DNA from: Macrostomum lignano | Lineage: Eukaryota | DNA: 64,000 bases | Assembly: GCA_002269645.1 (NCBI GenBank) | Contig: NIVC01000660.1 | Span: 372,001 to 436,000, forward strand | Direction of reading: 5' to 3' | Shown: in pieces, positions 21,849-45,500 of the stretch | Position numbering within the stretch: position 1 is the stretch's first letter | Layout of the letters: every line of letters begins with the position of its first letter | Made by a program: the position numbers and the translations under genes | Notes under the pieces: model-generated | What the model saw: the letters and a program-made list of their open reading frames with translations, nothing else | Told to the model about the DNA's origin: nothing | Databases searched by the model: none

Positions 21849-22349
21849 ATTGCCGGTCGAGAGGTGACTAACTGAAATTTTTCGACTTGTTTAATCCGGT
21901 TAAACTATGCCAAATTAAGCCAGTGAACCCATGTATATTCTCTAAGCAACTTACGAATACTCAAGTGCATTGAGTGGATTTACACAAGAACAAGAACGAT
22001 AAAGTTTCCTTCCACTAAGTATTACAATATTTATCCTACTAGGTTGGTTGTCGTAGACCTACACCCTTTTTTCTGATATTTTTGTCATTTTGTGCGAAGT
22101 TTATCGAACACCTTTAGCTAATGGCTTCTCACAATGAAGCCAGTAGAAGTTTCATAATTATTTTTTATTAGTTAACTGTCTAGAATTTCATTTAATCGCT
22201 TGTTCAGAGCTTCCACAGCCAATTATAATCGAACTTTTCATTGTCTCTGAGCTTTTATCTATGGCCAAAACCGACAAATTCAACGTTTCGTAGCAGAATC
22301 GGAAACGCTTTTATTTTGGAGTTTTCTTTGCCAACTCTTGGACGCGCTG

Positions 22350-23010
22350 TCCACCCGCCAAGGAGATAGACGTAGGGGGACCTATCAAGAGACAGCTGGG
22401 GCGCCCACCAAGGAGATAGACGTAGGGGGACCTATCAAGAGACAGCTGGGGCGCCCACCAAGGAGATAGACGTAGGGGGACCTATCAAGAGACAGCTGGG
22501 GCGCCCACCAAGGAGATAGACGTAGGGGGACCTATCAAGAGACAGCTGGGGCGCCCACCAAGAGACAGGGGCCACCCACCAAGAGACAGGGGCCACCCAC
22601 CAAGAGACAGGGGCCACCCACCCCCACCAAGAGACAGGGGCCACCCACCAAGAGACAGGGGCCACCCACCCCACCAAGAGACAGGGGCCACCCACCAAGA
22701 GACAGGGGCCACCCACCAAGAGACAGGGGCCACCCACCAGGAGACAGGGGCCACCCACCAAGAGACAGGGGCCGCCCACCAAGAGACAGGGGCCACCCAC
22801 CAAGAGACAGGGGCCACCCACCAAGAGACAGGGGCCACCCACCAAGAGACACGGGCCGCCCACCAAGAGACAGGGGACGCCCACCAAGAGACACGGGCCG
22901 CCCACCAAGAGACGCGGGCCGCCCACCAAGAGACAGGGGCGCCCACCAAGAGACACGGGCCGCCCACCAAGAGACACGGGCCGCCCACCAAGAGACAGGG
23001 GACGCCCACC
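22350..23010. repeat. Compound array: 50-bp x4, then 21-bp (CCCACCAAGAGACAGGGGCCA) x~21
   Basis: Tandem units; the flanks resemble the unexpanded segment at ~19509-19550. Confidence 0.93.
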
Positions 23011-23601
23011 AAATCACCAAATATTGGCGCCCCGTAGGGTTGCGGTCCCAGAAAAACTGCTGCTTAAGTCATTGGGCGTTGCCATTTACAATTCCAAGGC
23101 TTTGTGCTTATAAAACTAGCAACAAGTCGCATTTGTTGCTCACTAGAAACACCTTTTCGTGCTTCATCCATGGGTCTGATGCATCTGCTAACTTTTCGCC
23201 CAACAGTCAATATTGTGAGGGGGGCGGGGGCTTTGATTCCTTACAAAAACAGCCAAAAGTGTTGAATCAGGATTAGCGTAGAAGAAAGCTTAAATCGATT
23301 CGTCTGTTCCAAAAAGTCTCGGAGGGGATTTCCCGACATGGCTTCCGGAGTTGAGAAGCAAGTTGAAGCAAACAAGCAATGACAGACTGAGAAACTAATC
23401 GCATTGAGGCATTGTCTGTCTGACTTCCCTTTGTGATAGCATCGATTTTAGTACCTACGAAAGGAAGAAAGATTTCCTTTCACTTTCCTGTGACTGTCAC
23501 TAATAGCTATATCTACATGTGTTAGCTGGAACTTTTCCAGTGAGTTTCTTCACTCGAACTAGCTGAAGTTAAAATCTTAACAGACAACACTGTCGGTTGT
23601 C

Positions 23602-24419
23602 ATGCGGCTGCTCTGCCAGTCTACTGCCATCGTTGCGTTGTCAGCTGTTCTTCTACAGGGGGCTATCGCAAATTTACTCGATACACTGGGAACAGTACAA
23701 GCTGTATCGGATGCGCTTGGAGCAAGCTGCCCACCTGGCTTTTCAAGAATCCGAAGCCACTGCGTACTGATCAACCTGACAGCCAAGGTGAGCTGGTGCG
23801 AGGCCAACCATCGATGCGCCGCTCTGGGAGCCGAACTCGTCACGAGCTGGTCGCTGGTCGGCAATCTGAGCTCTCTGGTAGCTGAGCCGGGCGCCCAGTT
23901 CTGGATTGGAGTCAGCGACCTGGCTGAGGAGAGAGTCAACTCAAAGCTGGGCTGGCAGCTGGTCAACGGACGAGGCCAAATGCCCGAGAGCGACTCGATC
24001 TGGTACTCTTTTGATCCGAACAACTTCAACGGCCAGCAGGACTGTTTGATGCTCTCAAACGGCACCCGCGTGTGGGGCTGATGGACAAACAGTGCGAAGA
24101 GCTCAGCGGATTTGTCTGCGAACTGCAGCCGCCAGCAGCCGATGACGGCGGCTGCCCGACGAAATCGCGTTGGCGATGGGCAGCCCGGCGTGAAGTGCCA
24201 ACGACTGGCTTCAACAAGCCCGAGCGCTACTGCTTCTGGGAGGCGGATCGGCCCGTGCCAAGCCTGGACGACTGCACCCTGCTGGCTGCTCTGAGGCCGT
24301 TCAGTCGCAGCCTCCTGTACCACGGCGGGCTCATGCGGTGCCGGGTGACGGAGTTCAGCGACTCGGAGACAGAGCTGGAGTTTGAGAAGCCCGACTGGAT
24401 GAAGTTGGTGCGAATCTGA
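23602..24419 (+). CDS. Secreted C-type lectin + PAN-like protein 2, ~272 aa, one -1 frame break at ~24074-24077
   Basis: Signal peptide; CPPGF...C, W.EA...C, FWIG, DPN...DC. Adding one G to the G4 run gives RVWGLMDKQC, matching GLMDAC of lectin 1; shared C-terminal RCR..(Y/F)SD...PDW.K(F/L)V. Confidence 0.82.
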
Positions 24420-24429
24420 CTGACGGGAT

Positions 24430-24690
24430 GACTCAAAATCGTATAAATGATAATCGTCCCACAGCCGAGAGGCAATTCTGCCCAATCCACAGACTCCTGA
24501 GCACATGAGTACAAGCGCGCCAATGCTGTACACTCGCTCATGCAGGGTGAACAGTGGCCCTGACTTTCTAATCGGTCAGGCATGTACACTGTGCCTCGCA
24601 GTCGCAGGAAAACCAACCTGGTCCATTTTTTATGCACACAAGCCCCAACCATGACCCGTGACTCGAGCGTCAATCACGCTTACCCTTCAG
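24430..24690 (-). mobile_element. SINE family A copy just downstream of lectin 2
   Basis: Reverse complement contains GTGTACATGCCTGAC...GTCAGGGCC and TTGGGGCTTGTGTGC, as in the other copies. Confidence 0.65.
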
Positions 24691-26413
24691 CTCTGGACCA
24701 AACAACGCAAATTTTCGTTTCAACTAAATAAACTCGAATTTTTATCAAGTAGAAATCTCTTAATGAGTCTTAATGAAGCATAGCAAAGCTGTTAACCTTC
24801 CTAAAAATGTTGCTATTTATAGAAACCTTAACAATTTTAGTTTTGCAAACGAACTGCCTACTTTACTGAGTAGCTTTTTACCAATACAATCTAAATTTAA
24901 AGAAAAATTTTTAAAATTTTCAAGCCCACTGCTGTTTATGTCATGGACCATCAAATCAACTGGTTGGGAAGCAAAGCAGGTTGCAAGTGCAGTTAGTAAG
25001 CTACTAAAAGTAGCATAGATGCGGGGTCTGTTCTATTTCTATTTCTTCAATTTAAATTTCAATATGATGCTTAAATTAAAGAACTTTTGTAAGGTAAAAA
25101 ATTTTGACCCTTAAACCAATTTATTGTTTAGCGTGTATAGCCTTTTAATAATAAACTATACTACTTATTTTTGTTACTTAACAGTAGCATATTGTGGAAA
25201 TTATTTTTTTCCAATAATTACTATAACCTACCGGTTAGTCGCCACAGGTGGTAGCAATTTTATGCTACTTTCTTGGTGATGCCATCTTTTTAGCTATACA
25301 GCTGTAGTTAATAATAAAGTACTTTTAACCTACTGATGTTTATTTACAGTGGCAGACGGATATACCGATATTACCTACATCGAGCTGCTACCAATACTGC
25401 ATATATAATACACAATCTTGATGCTATGCCTTGTAGTTTCTACGGGTTTAAATCCTGTAGCCGAAGCCAGAGAGCAAAAAGAATTTATTCCAAATCTGAA
25501 GCCACTTGTATGCATCCTACTGCACACTTTGGCGTGGCTTGCTACAAGACGCCACAAGTTAGATAGCGGAATGAAGGACTGAGAGAGGCTGATTCAGGTA
25601 CGTAAGTATGCGGCTAACTATAACTAAGACAAAACAATACACTGATTGATGCATAACAAATAATAATGTTCCATTACAATATAGTTTGATAAATGGCGAT
25701 TATCACGATTTCGAGTACAGCGCTGTCCATGACTACTACTGGTACAATAATTGATTTCGCATTTGATACAATAATAACAAATTTATTGAAATGTGAAAAG
25801 ACACGGTAAATTGTGCATTTACTTGTACAGATATAATTTGTTTAAAATTGCAGTAATTCTTTTCAAAAATTGTGACATCGATAAAAATCTATTAGATAAA
25901 TGTACTTTTAAGCAGAAATCAGTGAATGGGCTGTTGGCCATAGACATAGGCAGTATCAAGTTGCTTGCCTTTTCCCGTCTATGTCTATGTCTATGGGCAA
26001 GACCGAATCTACTGCTGCCAAATGGCATTTCTCAAAGTTGGTTGGATTTACTATAAACTTGACTGACAATAGCAACGTAGCTGATCGACCAGGGCGTTCC
26101 AGACCGGACACCGAATGTCTTTGACAATTGACAACAAAAGCAATTCAATGGAATATACTAGGGATATATGATTAGGTATAAGCTAGTACAAAAGTAGAAA
26201 AGTGATAACGACAGTGTCTCCTAGACATCAACTAGAATTCTGTTAATGCAATATTTAGTTCAGTTAAAAAGTCTCTGACCAATAAGAAAAACTGCGAGGT
26301 ACAACGCACATACTGGTACAAAACAATTGACGACACCATTAGAGAGCTGCAGCATTGAGTTTCAGCATTGTAAATGTACTTTGTTTTACTAAAGACAGTT
26401 TCCATTTTCGGCC

Positions 26414-26585
26414 TAAAGCCCCTGGTGCTAAAGCCCCTGATGCTAAAGCCCCTGATGCTAAAGCCACCGGTACTAATGCCCCTGGTGCTAAAGCCCCTGG
26501 TGCTAAAGCCCCTGGTGCTTAAGCCCATGGTGCTAAAGCCACCGGTGCTAAAGCCCATGGTGCTAAAGCCCCTCAATTCTAAAGC
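26414..26585. repeat. 15-bp minisatellite (AAGCCCCTGGTGCTA) just 3' of the TMEM26-like stop
   Basis: About 11 tandem copies. Confidence 0.9.
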
Positions 26586-26640
26586 CATGAAAAAGCCTTC
26601 TACCAGCCCCTGGATCAGTGCACAACGCCGGCCGGAGAAG

Positions 26641-38127
<11,487 letters not shown>

Positions 38128-39113
38128 GACTACTATAAAGCCTAAACAGTAATGCTATATTACTGTTGTATCAGATTCAATAGAAAGTTTTTAGGCTTTA
38201 AATAGATAAACAAAGATAAACTAAAAACTCATAAAATCTTTTCCGCTCTAAGCAAGGAGTATATAAAATGCAGGGATCTGAATTGAAGGACTGTATAGGA
38301 AGCTAAAGCTGGGGTTTTATTGGTTCCTGGTCAAGGGTCCAATCAGGTCATCAAAGTTCAGTGCAGCTTCCTCGATGGCTACTATAGTAGATAGGTCTTT
38401 TAACCCAGGGGGCCATTTTGGATCTATGGGAATGCTTTCTCTTTCAGTATTGTGTCATAAAAATGAGGTTAAACTGTGCGCTGCATAGTATGACACTACA
38501 TGTGCACGCATAGAAAGAATAGATCTTGAATTATGTTCTTCTATCGCACGTACAGGTATGCCTATGACTGGATTATTTAAACAAAAATCTAAATATGCTC
38601 AGAAGCTAAAGATATATATAGACACCATAAGAATTCAGATGTTAGAATTAGCTAGCAAATGTACATGCCAGAAGCAGCATTTATTTGTTAATTTGAGATT
38701 CATTATTCGTAAGTTGTCCTTCCGGCGGACATACGAACTATAATTGGAGGTTTTTTTAGCTTTGTTTACTCTGTGACGATGTCACTTTCTTTATTTCACC
38801 TTTCTTTCTTATCTCGTCTCGTACAGCATAGCATTCGAAATTACACTTATAATTTACTTTCCTTTTTAGCGTTAGCGTATTTTTTGTTATTCCGTATAAT
38901 TCATAGAAATATCCAGCAGTATATAAAATGTATTCGAATCTATTTTACGTGCGCTCGCTCCCTCTCGCTCTCCTTCCCTCACACCGTCTCATTGCCATAC
39001 TACTACGCTACGCTCGTTGCTTTCTATCATATTAAGAGTATAGTAGATTATTATCATTGTGAATTGATTGAAATAAACTCTCAGCACAATCGATCTAAAT
39101 TCGACACAATTTC

Positions 39114-39128
39114 TGGAGGTCCCACCGA
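39114..39128 (+). promoter_or_regulatory. Primer-binding site complementary to the tRNA-Gln 3' end
   Basis: TGGAGGTCCCACCGA is the reverse complement of ...UCGGUGGGACCUCCA, the conserved metazoan tRNA-Gln 3' end, 5 nt after the 5' LTR. Confidence 0.8.
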
Positions 39129-39212
39129 TCAAACCGACTTAGGTCGACTCTGCAATTCCGAGTCCCAGATCACTGTGAGAGGAAGCAGTAGTGATCCACC
39201 GCTGCACTTGTC

Positions 39213-39523
39213 CTGAGTACGTAGAGTACGTGTCTTGAGTACGTGTCCTGATTACGTATCCTGAGTACGTGTCCTGAGTACGTGTCCTGATTACGTATCC
39301 TGAGTACGTGTCCTGAGTACGTAGAGTACGTGTCTTGAGTACGTGTCCTGAGTACGTGTCCTGAGTACGTGTCCTGAGTACGTGACCTGATTACGTGTCC
39401 TGAGTACGTGTCCTGAGTACGTGTCCTGATTACGTATCCTGAGTACGTGTCCTGAGTACGTGTCCTGAGTACGTGTCCTGAGTACGTGTCCTGATTACGT
39501 GTCCTGAGTACGTGTCCTGATTA
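39213..39523. repeat. 13-bp minisatellite (CCTGAGTACGTGT) inside the LTR element
   Basis: About 23 copies. Confidence 0.93.
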
Positions 39524-42510
39524 CGGCCTTCAACTATGGCACCACAGGCGTGCGCTGTCTATCACTGAGTCATCACGTACCCTACCCAGTCTCGCTAGGT
39601 GTTTGCGCGCCCTGAATCGCAGCCTGAATCGCGCTACCTGCTATGCCAGTGTGGTAGTCAGCTTAAGCTGTTAGTTTTTTACTGTCAAGTGCAGATAAGT
39701 TGTTATTTTACATGTATATTGTCCATGTACATATGGCCGCATACATTTTATTTACGCGCGTCGAAGTCTGACGTACTGGTAATTATCGTTTTCTGAACGC
39801 TGCGATTTTCACCTGCGTTTCTTATAACTCCAATTACCTTCTGTACAGACTGCTTTCACTAAGAATTTTGTACTATTCTTAGTTATTTTGTAGTTGCCGT
39901 CACCTAATAAGTTGTGCACGCATTTTAATATAAAAACTGTTTACTAATATTGATTCGCTTATTAATCGTTGTTTGCCCTACTAGCTGAGCGTACAATCTT
40001 CAATTTGACGTTTTGTTCTGAAATTTTTCTATTTACGAGACGTACACTCAACAATATGCTTTTTAAAGAAAACTATATTTTCGCTCTAGGACGTTCGATA
40101 TTCTTTCGATAATTAGTATGCGCACACCCTTCTACTTGTAAGTAGTGTAGCTAACCTCTTTCTGGAAGGAGGCGAGTGTGACGATGTCGCTTTCTTTATT
40201 TCACCTTTCTTTTCTTATCTCGTCTCGTACAGCATAGTATTCTAAATTAGACTTAAAGTTTACTTTCCTTTTTAGCGTTAACGTATTGTTTGTTATACCG
40301 TATATAATTCAAAGAAACATCTCGCAGTACATGTATATAAAATTTATTCGAATCTACATGTATTTTACACGCGCTTGCTCCCTCTCTCGTTCTCCTTCCT
40401 TCACAAATAATATTTGTCAATAATATTCCTTCCGATAATATTAAGAGTAGATTATTATCAATGTGAATTAATTTAAATATATAAACTCGATCAGCATGAC
40501 GCAACGACATCGTTCATTATCATAAATAATCGATCTAAATTCGTCACAACTTATTATATAGTTAAAACTCGTAGTATTCGCTCGCATTTGTGTACTTCAT
40601 TTTTGTGAATCTATCTAAAGAATAAATAATTTAGGCTTTGTTCTAATTCTACTATTAGTATTGCGCAAATTATACCAATTTTCTTATTTATTCCAAATTG
40701 TGTTTGGTATAAACTAGGAAAGTTGAGCTTCCCAGTTTGGACACAGAATGTACACAGAAATAAAGTTGAGCTCGCATAATTTATATCATATATAGGGAGA
40801 CGAACGAGAAAAGAAAGACAGGAAGAATGAGACAAATGGACTAAATTTCTCTGTGTTAGATATGCTGTCCTCAGCTTCCGTAAATCAATAATGAGCAATG
40901 CCGGAACGAAAATAATCAATTACTAGCACATTTAAACAAAAAAAGCAAAAAAATGAAACACGAACAATTAGGGGGTTGTTCTATTTAAAGCTAGTTATAA
41001 TTTAACAAATTATAATCCAACAGTAAAAAATATGCTGCAAAAAAGCATTCAAACAATAGTTTTCATCGCAAAAGTTTGATTTCGTATCTACGATCTCATT
41101 TACTTTTCAACCACGCTATATCAGAAAAGAAACTACGAGCTAAAAATAATTGTCAGTTTGTTTTATACGTTTCTGTCTTCAAAAAAGGGTTCAATGGGCA
41201 CTAAATATTTTGACATTTCTTTTAACAGAATTCAAAAGAAGCCGAATTATATGTCCTTAATATTTAGCTGGCTATACATACATATTAAATCGCATGTTTT
41301 AATGCAAGCCCGATGAATGCTTTATATGTACACAGTTAATTATAAACTGGTTGTCTGTTTCTCAAAAAAGCATCGAATTAATATTTCTTTCTTGAAACCA
41401 TTTATTTATACTTTTTCTATAAACCCCAGAGCATATTAGAACTTTTCAAAAATAATTCACATCTAGTAAAGCAAGGCGGATTTAAACATTTTTATTGACA
41501 ATCTACAGTTTAAAGTTTAAAATGAAATAAAGTTGTGTAGATCATCATTTATTTTTGGTAAAAAAACCTCGAAATAGAGTTTTTAATGCTCTTTTCTCGT
41601 GTCGTCAATGGTATATCTTTATGTAACTAAGAAGCTTGAAAATCTAAAAAAGTGTTTATTTAATTTTATTATAAAATATAGACCTATAATACCCAGCTGG
41701 CCACCTGGCCTATGGAAGATGAACGAAGAATTTTTTAATGAAACCTAATATAAAGGCCATGAAGTAGAAAATGAGTAATCAGTAGTAAACAACGTTTTTA
41801 CTAACCTAAAATTGCGTTTCTTTGTGATGCTACAAATGTTGAGGTCTTGGAAAGTTGAATTCTTAAGCTACATGAATGCCTTTGTAATTTGTAATTTTTT
41901 TGTATTTTCAGTCTATAAAGCATGAATGTGATTGTTTCGAAGAACAAGTTGTAGCTACTTAATTTATAATGTGTCCAGATATATCTAGCTTTTATATATA
42001 GTCCGAGCCTAAAAGATACATAGCCCTCACGGACAGCTAAAATCCGATGATGCATCATTGGCACATCGTGCAGATTTTCACAGGTTTTCAACTTTAATAA
42101 ACACTAAATTGACAAAAAATATTCCACTTAGAAGTACTGAACTTTAAAGTTTGAGGACAGATTGTTAGGAACGTGGTCAAAAATATATCTGTTGCTCTCT
42201 AAAACGGATTTTGCAAAAATTCGCTTTGTTACTTCACGTTAGCTAGGGTTTTAACCATAGACAAACTCAAATTCATTTGACATCTAGACAGTATAGAGGG
42301 CCGAAGCCATTTTTAGCAGCGAAAACGGGCCTCCAGCGAAATTCACACGATATGCTAATGCAAATTCCTTCTGCCCAATTCCGGAATAGTCAGTGAGAGT
42401 ATTTTATAGAGTTTTCCCACGGTAAATTTTGGCGACTAACTTGAATTGCTCGTTAACAAAATGTTTGGAAAATCTAAGCTTTGCTCAATGGATGCCTAAA
42501 AATTTCAGTC

Positions 42511-45500
42511 ATGGATGCTCATTTCGCCAGCTTGGACTTGAAGTCCCAGACAAACGACAGTGACAATGAACTTTTAACATACTATGACCAGCACTTCCCG
42601 GCTGCGAATCTTACCCAGAAAGACGTAGAAAATGTTCTGCGAGCAATCTGCGACTGCATGGCCAAGGGGCCGGGTTTTTGGCCGAAAAGACATTCTCCCG
42701 GATACTATTGTGTGCTGAGAACGATCGTGCATATGCGGGATGCAGTGTAAGACAACTGAGATCTATGCTGGCTGAGTCAGACACCTGTGGCATATGCTGG
42801 TTGAGTCAAACTCATGGATAGTAGAGTGAGAAACCTGGGGTAGTCGTAGTAGAGTGAGAAACCTGGAATAGTAGAGTGAGACACCTGGGATAGTAGAATG
42901 AGACACCTGGGATAGTAGAGTGAGACACCTGGAATAGTAGAGTGAGACACCTGGAACAGTAGAGTGAGATGCCTGGAATACACTCAGCAATATTTAAAAC
43001 GCAACACTCTAACTAGAAGAAAAATCAACTCACTCAGAAGAGTCAAAGCGCATAGTCTATGGTTCAAATCGAGCTTCAGAAACGCGTGTAGCTTCCTCTC
43101 GCAAGTAACAGGGCGATGACTATGGACTGTTTTCAGATAGAGTGATCCAGCTGAGAGAATGGTTCAACAGATGACAGACGCGTAAAGATGGCGAGCAGTC
43201 GGAACGAGCCAGCGCAGAGCACAGATCACTTGGTTGTTGATGATTGCCTCGAATAACTTTGAGCAGTGTTAGATACTCGTAACTTGGGATTAGAATCTAC
43301 GAGCCGTAACTAACTCAACTAACTCATCTCTTATGCAATTTTCAGCGACGAAGTTGCACTAGAAAACACGGAGGAAATCCAGGCGCTCTACCTGGACTAC
43401 GTCAGTCACGGCGGGGCGGAGTACGACGAGATTCGATCCTATTGGGCCTTCGCCCTCGGCTGCCTGGGCAGGAAGCTGGAGAGCAGCCAATCGGCTCCTA
43501 TGAGTTCGTCAATTGTTCATGTAAATAAATGACAGTTTGTTTGCTTAAGGTTGATTTAGGGAACTAATTAATTTAGTGCTTAGAAAATGTCTTTATCTTG
43601 CTCATACATTTTCGGGTCTCCAGTGGAATTTCCACGATATTTTTGCGCATCGTCCTTTTACTCTAAGTGGTCAGAGGCTTGATAACAGACTCAGGTTCTA
43701 ATAGTCCTAATTATTTTATATTCAAGTATATTGCTCTGGTATGCTGTATAATCTACGAAATTTCAGTTCTACGCCAAAGACGACGCCTTCATGCGACGGC
43801 TAATCGGAGCCTTGGATTCGGCAGCCAGTTCGGACCTGTCAGATGATGCCGCTGATAGACTCGACAGAGTCGTCACGAGCTTCGGCTCGGCGCTTTGGTG
43901 AGGCTAAAAAGCCAGAATTTGAACTGGTTCCAAAAGATGCTGTATCACAGTACGCTGTAAGAGTTGGGCCCGGCACTGCACTCTTAAGGCCGGTTTACAT
44001 TGCCCTCAGTAGCTTAGCGGCCAAAGATGGCTCAAGTCAATACACAGTTGGTTCGGATAGCAATTACGCGTGAAAAAAAGTAAAGACACTTGCCATGGTA
44101 TACAGTAAGTTTTATTGAGAAGGCGATGGCGCTAATCGTGAGCGGTCGTACGCTCGTCCGTTAGGAGACCCTTTTTAAGTTAAGTTTAGCTACGAGTACA
44201 ATCACGCCCCTATTCAGAACCAATGAGATGCATGTAGACTGAGAAGTGCAGTTTTTTATTCTAAGTTTTATGCATTCGGCACATATAATGACTCATGTTC
44301 AATTGTTCTATGACACACAGCGCCACAAAGGACGTCGATTTCAAGTACCTGTTCAACGATGCCTACCAAGCATGCTTCAAGCTGTTGAGCAACAAAAAGA
44401 CGTCGAAGTCAGGCGGTTTTTTTCTGCGACGCCTCACTGAATTGGCAATTAGCAAGAAATATACACTGGCGGTGAGTACACGAGGCCGAGCATTCAGTAG
44501 GAACTCATACGGTATTTTGAAGAGTTGGCTAGGATTGCAACAGGTATAAGGTCATCTAAAGAACAGGCAAATCTGTTCTCGGTGATAAAAAAAAACCCAC
44601 CTACACAAGAGACTAAGATCGCCGGGCTTAACTTGCTTCTTAAAATCAAAGCGACAGTCGAACTGCAAGTCAGTGAGGAAACAAGAAACAAGCACTAACC
44701 CTGACTTTTCTTTTGGCCTACAGGGCCCACTGCCTTGCGATTTATGCCAGTTTCCAAGAATTAACTCCAAAATACTCGTACTAGACTAAGCACCTACTCT
44801 TTTATTAGTAGTTCGTCTGCGCATTGTCATTTAAATTTTGGCAGCTCAAGTGTCTTTTCCTTCATGGTCTGCGGCTTCAGAGCGTATGGGTTGAGAATTA
44901 ACAACACAGTTATATGAACAATAATAAACAACTCACGAAACTCAGCCTAGGGGGCAGGCCCAATCTGGCTTAGCCAATGAGAGAGCAGTAAGGAGAGAGG
45001 TAAAAGTCAGACGGACGAAACTTTCAGCCTAGGGGGCAGGCCCAATCTGGCTCAGCCAATGAGAGAGCAGTAAGGAGAGATGTAAAAGTCAGACGGACGA
45101 AACTTAGCCTAAGGGGCAGGCCCAATCTAACTCAGCCAATGAGAGAGCAGTAAGGAGAGAGGTGAAAGTCAGACACAAGCGGGCAAGAAGAAAGCCAAAA
45201 TATGTGTCGGCCTGGCTGGGGGCTGCTGGGGGCTGCTGGGGCGCTGCCCTTCTCTCTCTTGCTTGCTATGCACACGCACTGGATTCGGGTTTTTAAATTT
45301 TCCTGCAATCCTCACTCATAAATAAGTTATCTATTGAAATAACTTCAAGGCTGAGACAGTCTGGAGTCAGCAAAACAGGCTAGGTTAATGGGTCTGCTTT
45401 TAGAAAACCAGAGGCGATGATTGCATATCGAGCAAACTGTAATAAATTTTCAACTCTGCTCTTATAAATATTCATTAATGTGTTTTTAAGCTATTAGAAC

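Larger units (their letters stand above)
38772..40548 (+). mobile_element. Non-autonomous LTR retroelement (TRIM/LARD-like): LTRs 38772-39108 and 40177-40548
   Basis: Direct repeats start TGTGACGA and end TCG(A/T)CACA; PBS TGGAGGTCCCACCGA at 39114-39128; PPT GGAAGGAGGCGAG at 40164-40176; imperfect 4-bp TSD ACTC/ACTT; no gag/pol ORF. Confidence 0.82.

Noticed and set aside
24079-24081. Selenocysteine or readthrough at the lectin-2 TGA
   Set aside because: The homologous sequence continues in a different frame, not past the TGA.
25336-25566. Short ORFs between lectin 2 and TMEM26
   Set aside because: AT-rich, no recognisable domain, no consistent splice path.
42253-43065. AACCATAGAC/GTCTATGGTT pair as a transposon capturing TIR-gene exon 1
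   Set aside because: Only a 10-bp match with no TSD; insufficient support, though it leaves the first exon uncertain.
44995-45030. Hammerhead-like GGACGAAAC with AAAGTC/GAAACTTT pairing
   Set aside because: No CUGANGA core at a compatible position in either copy.
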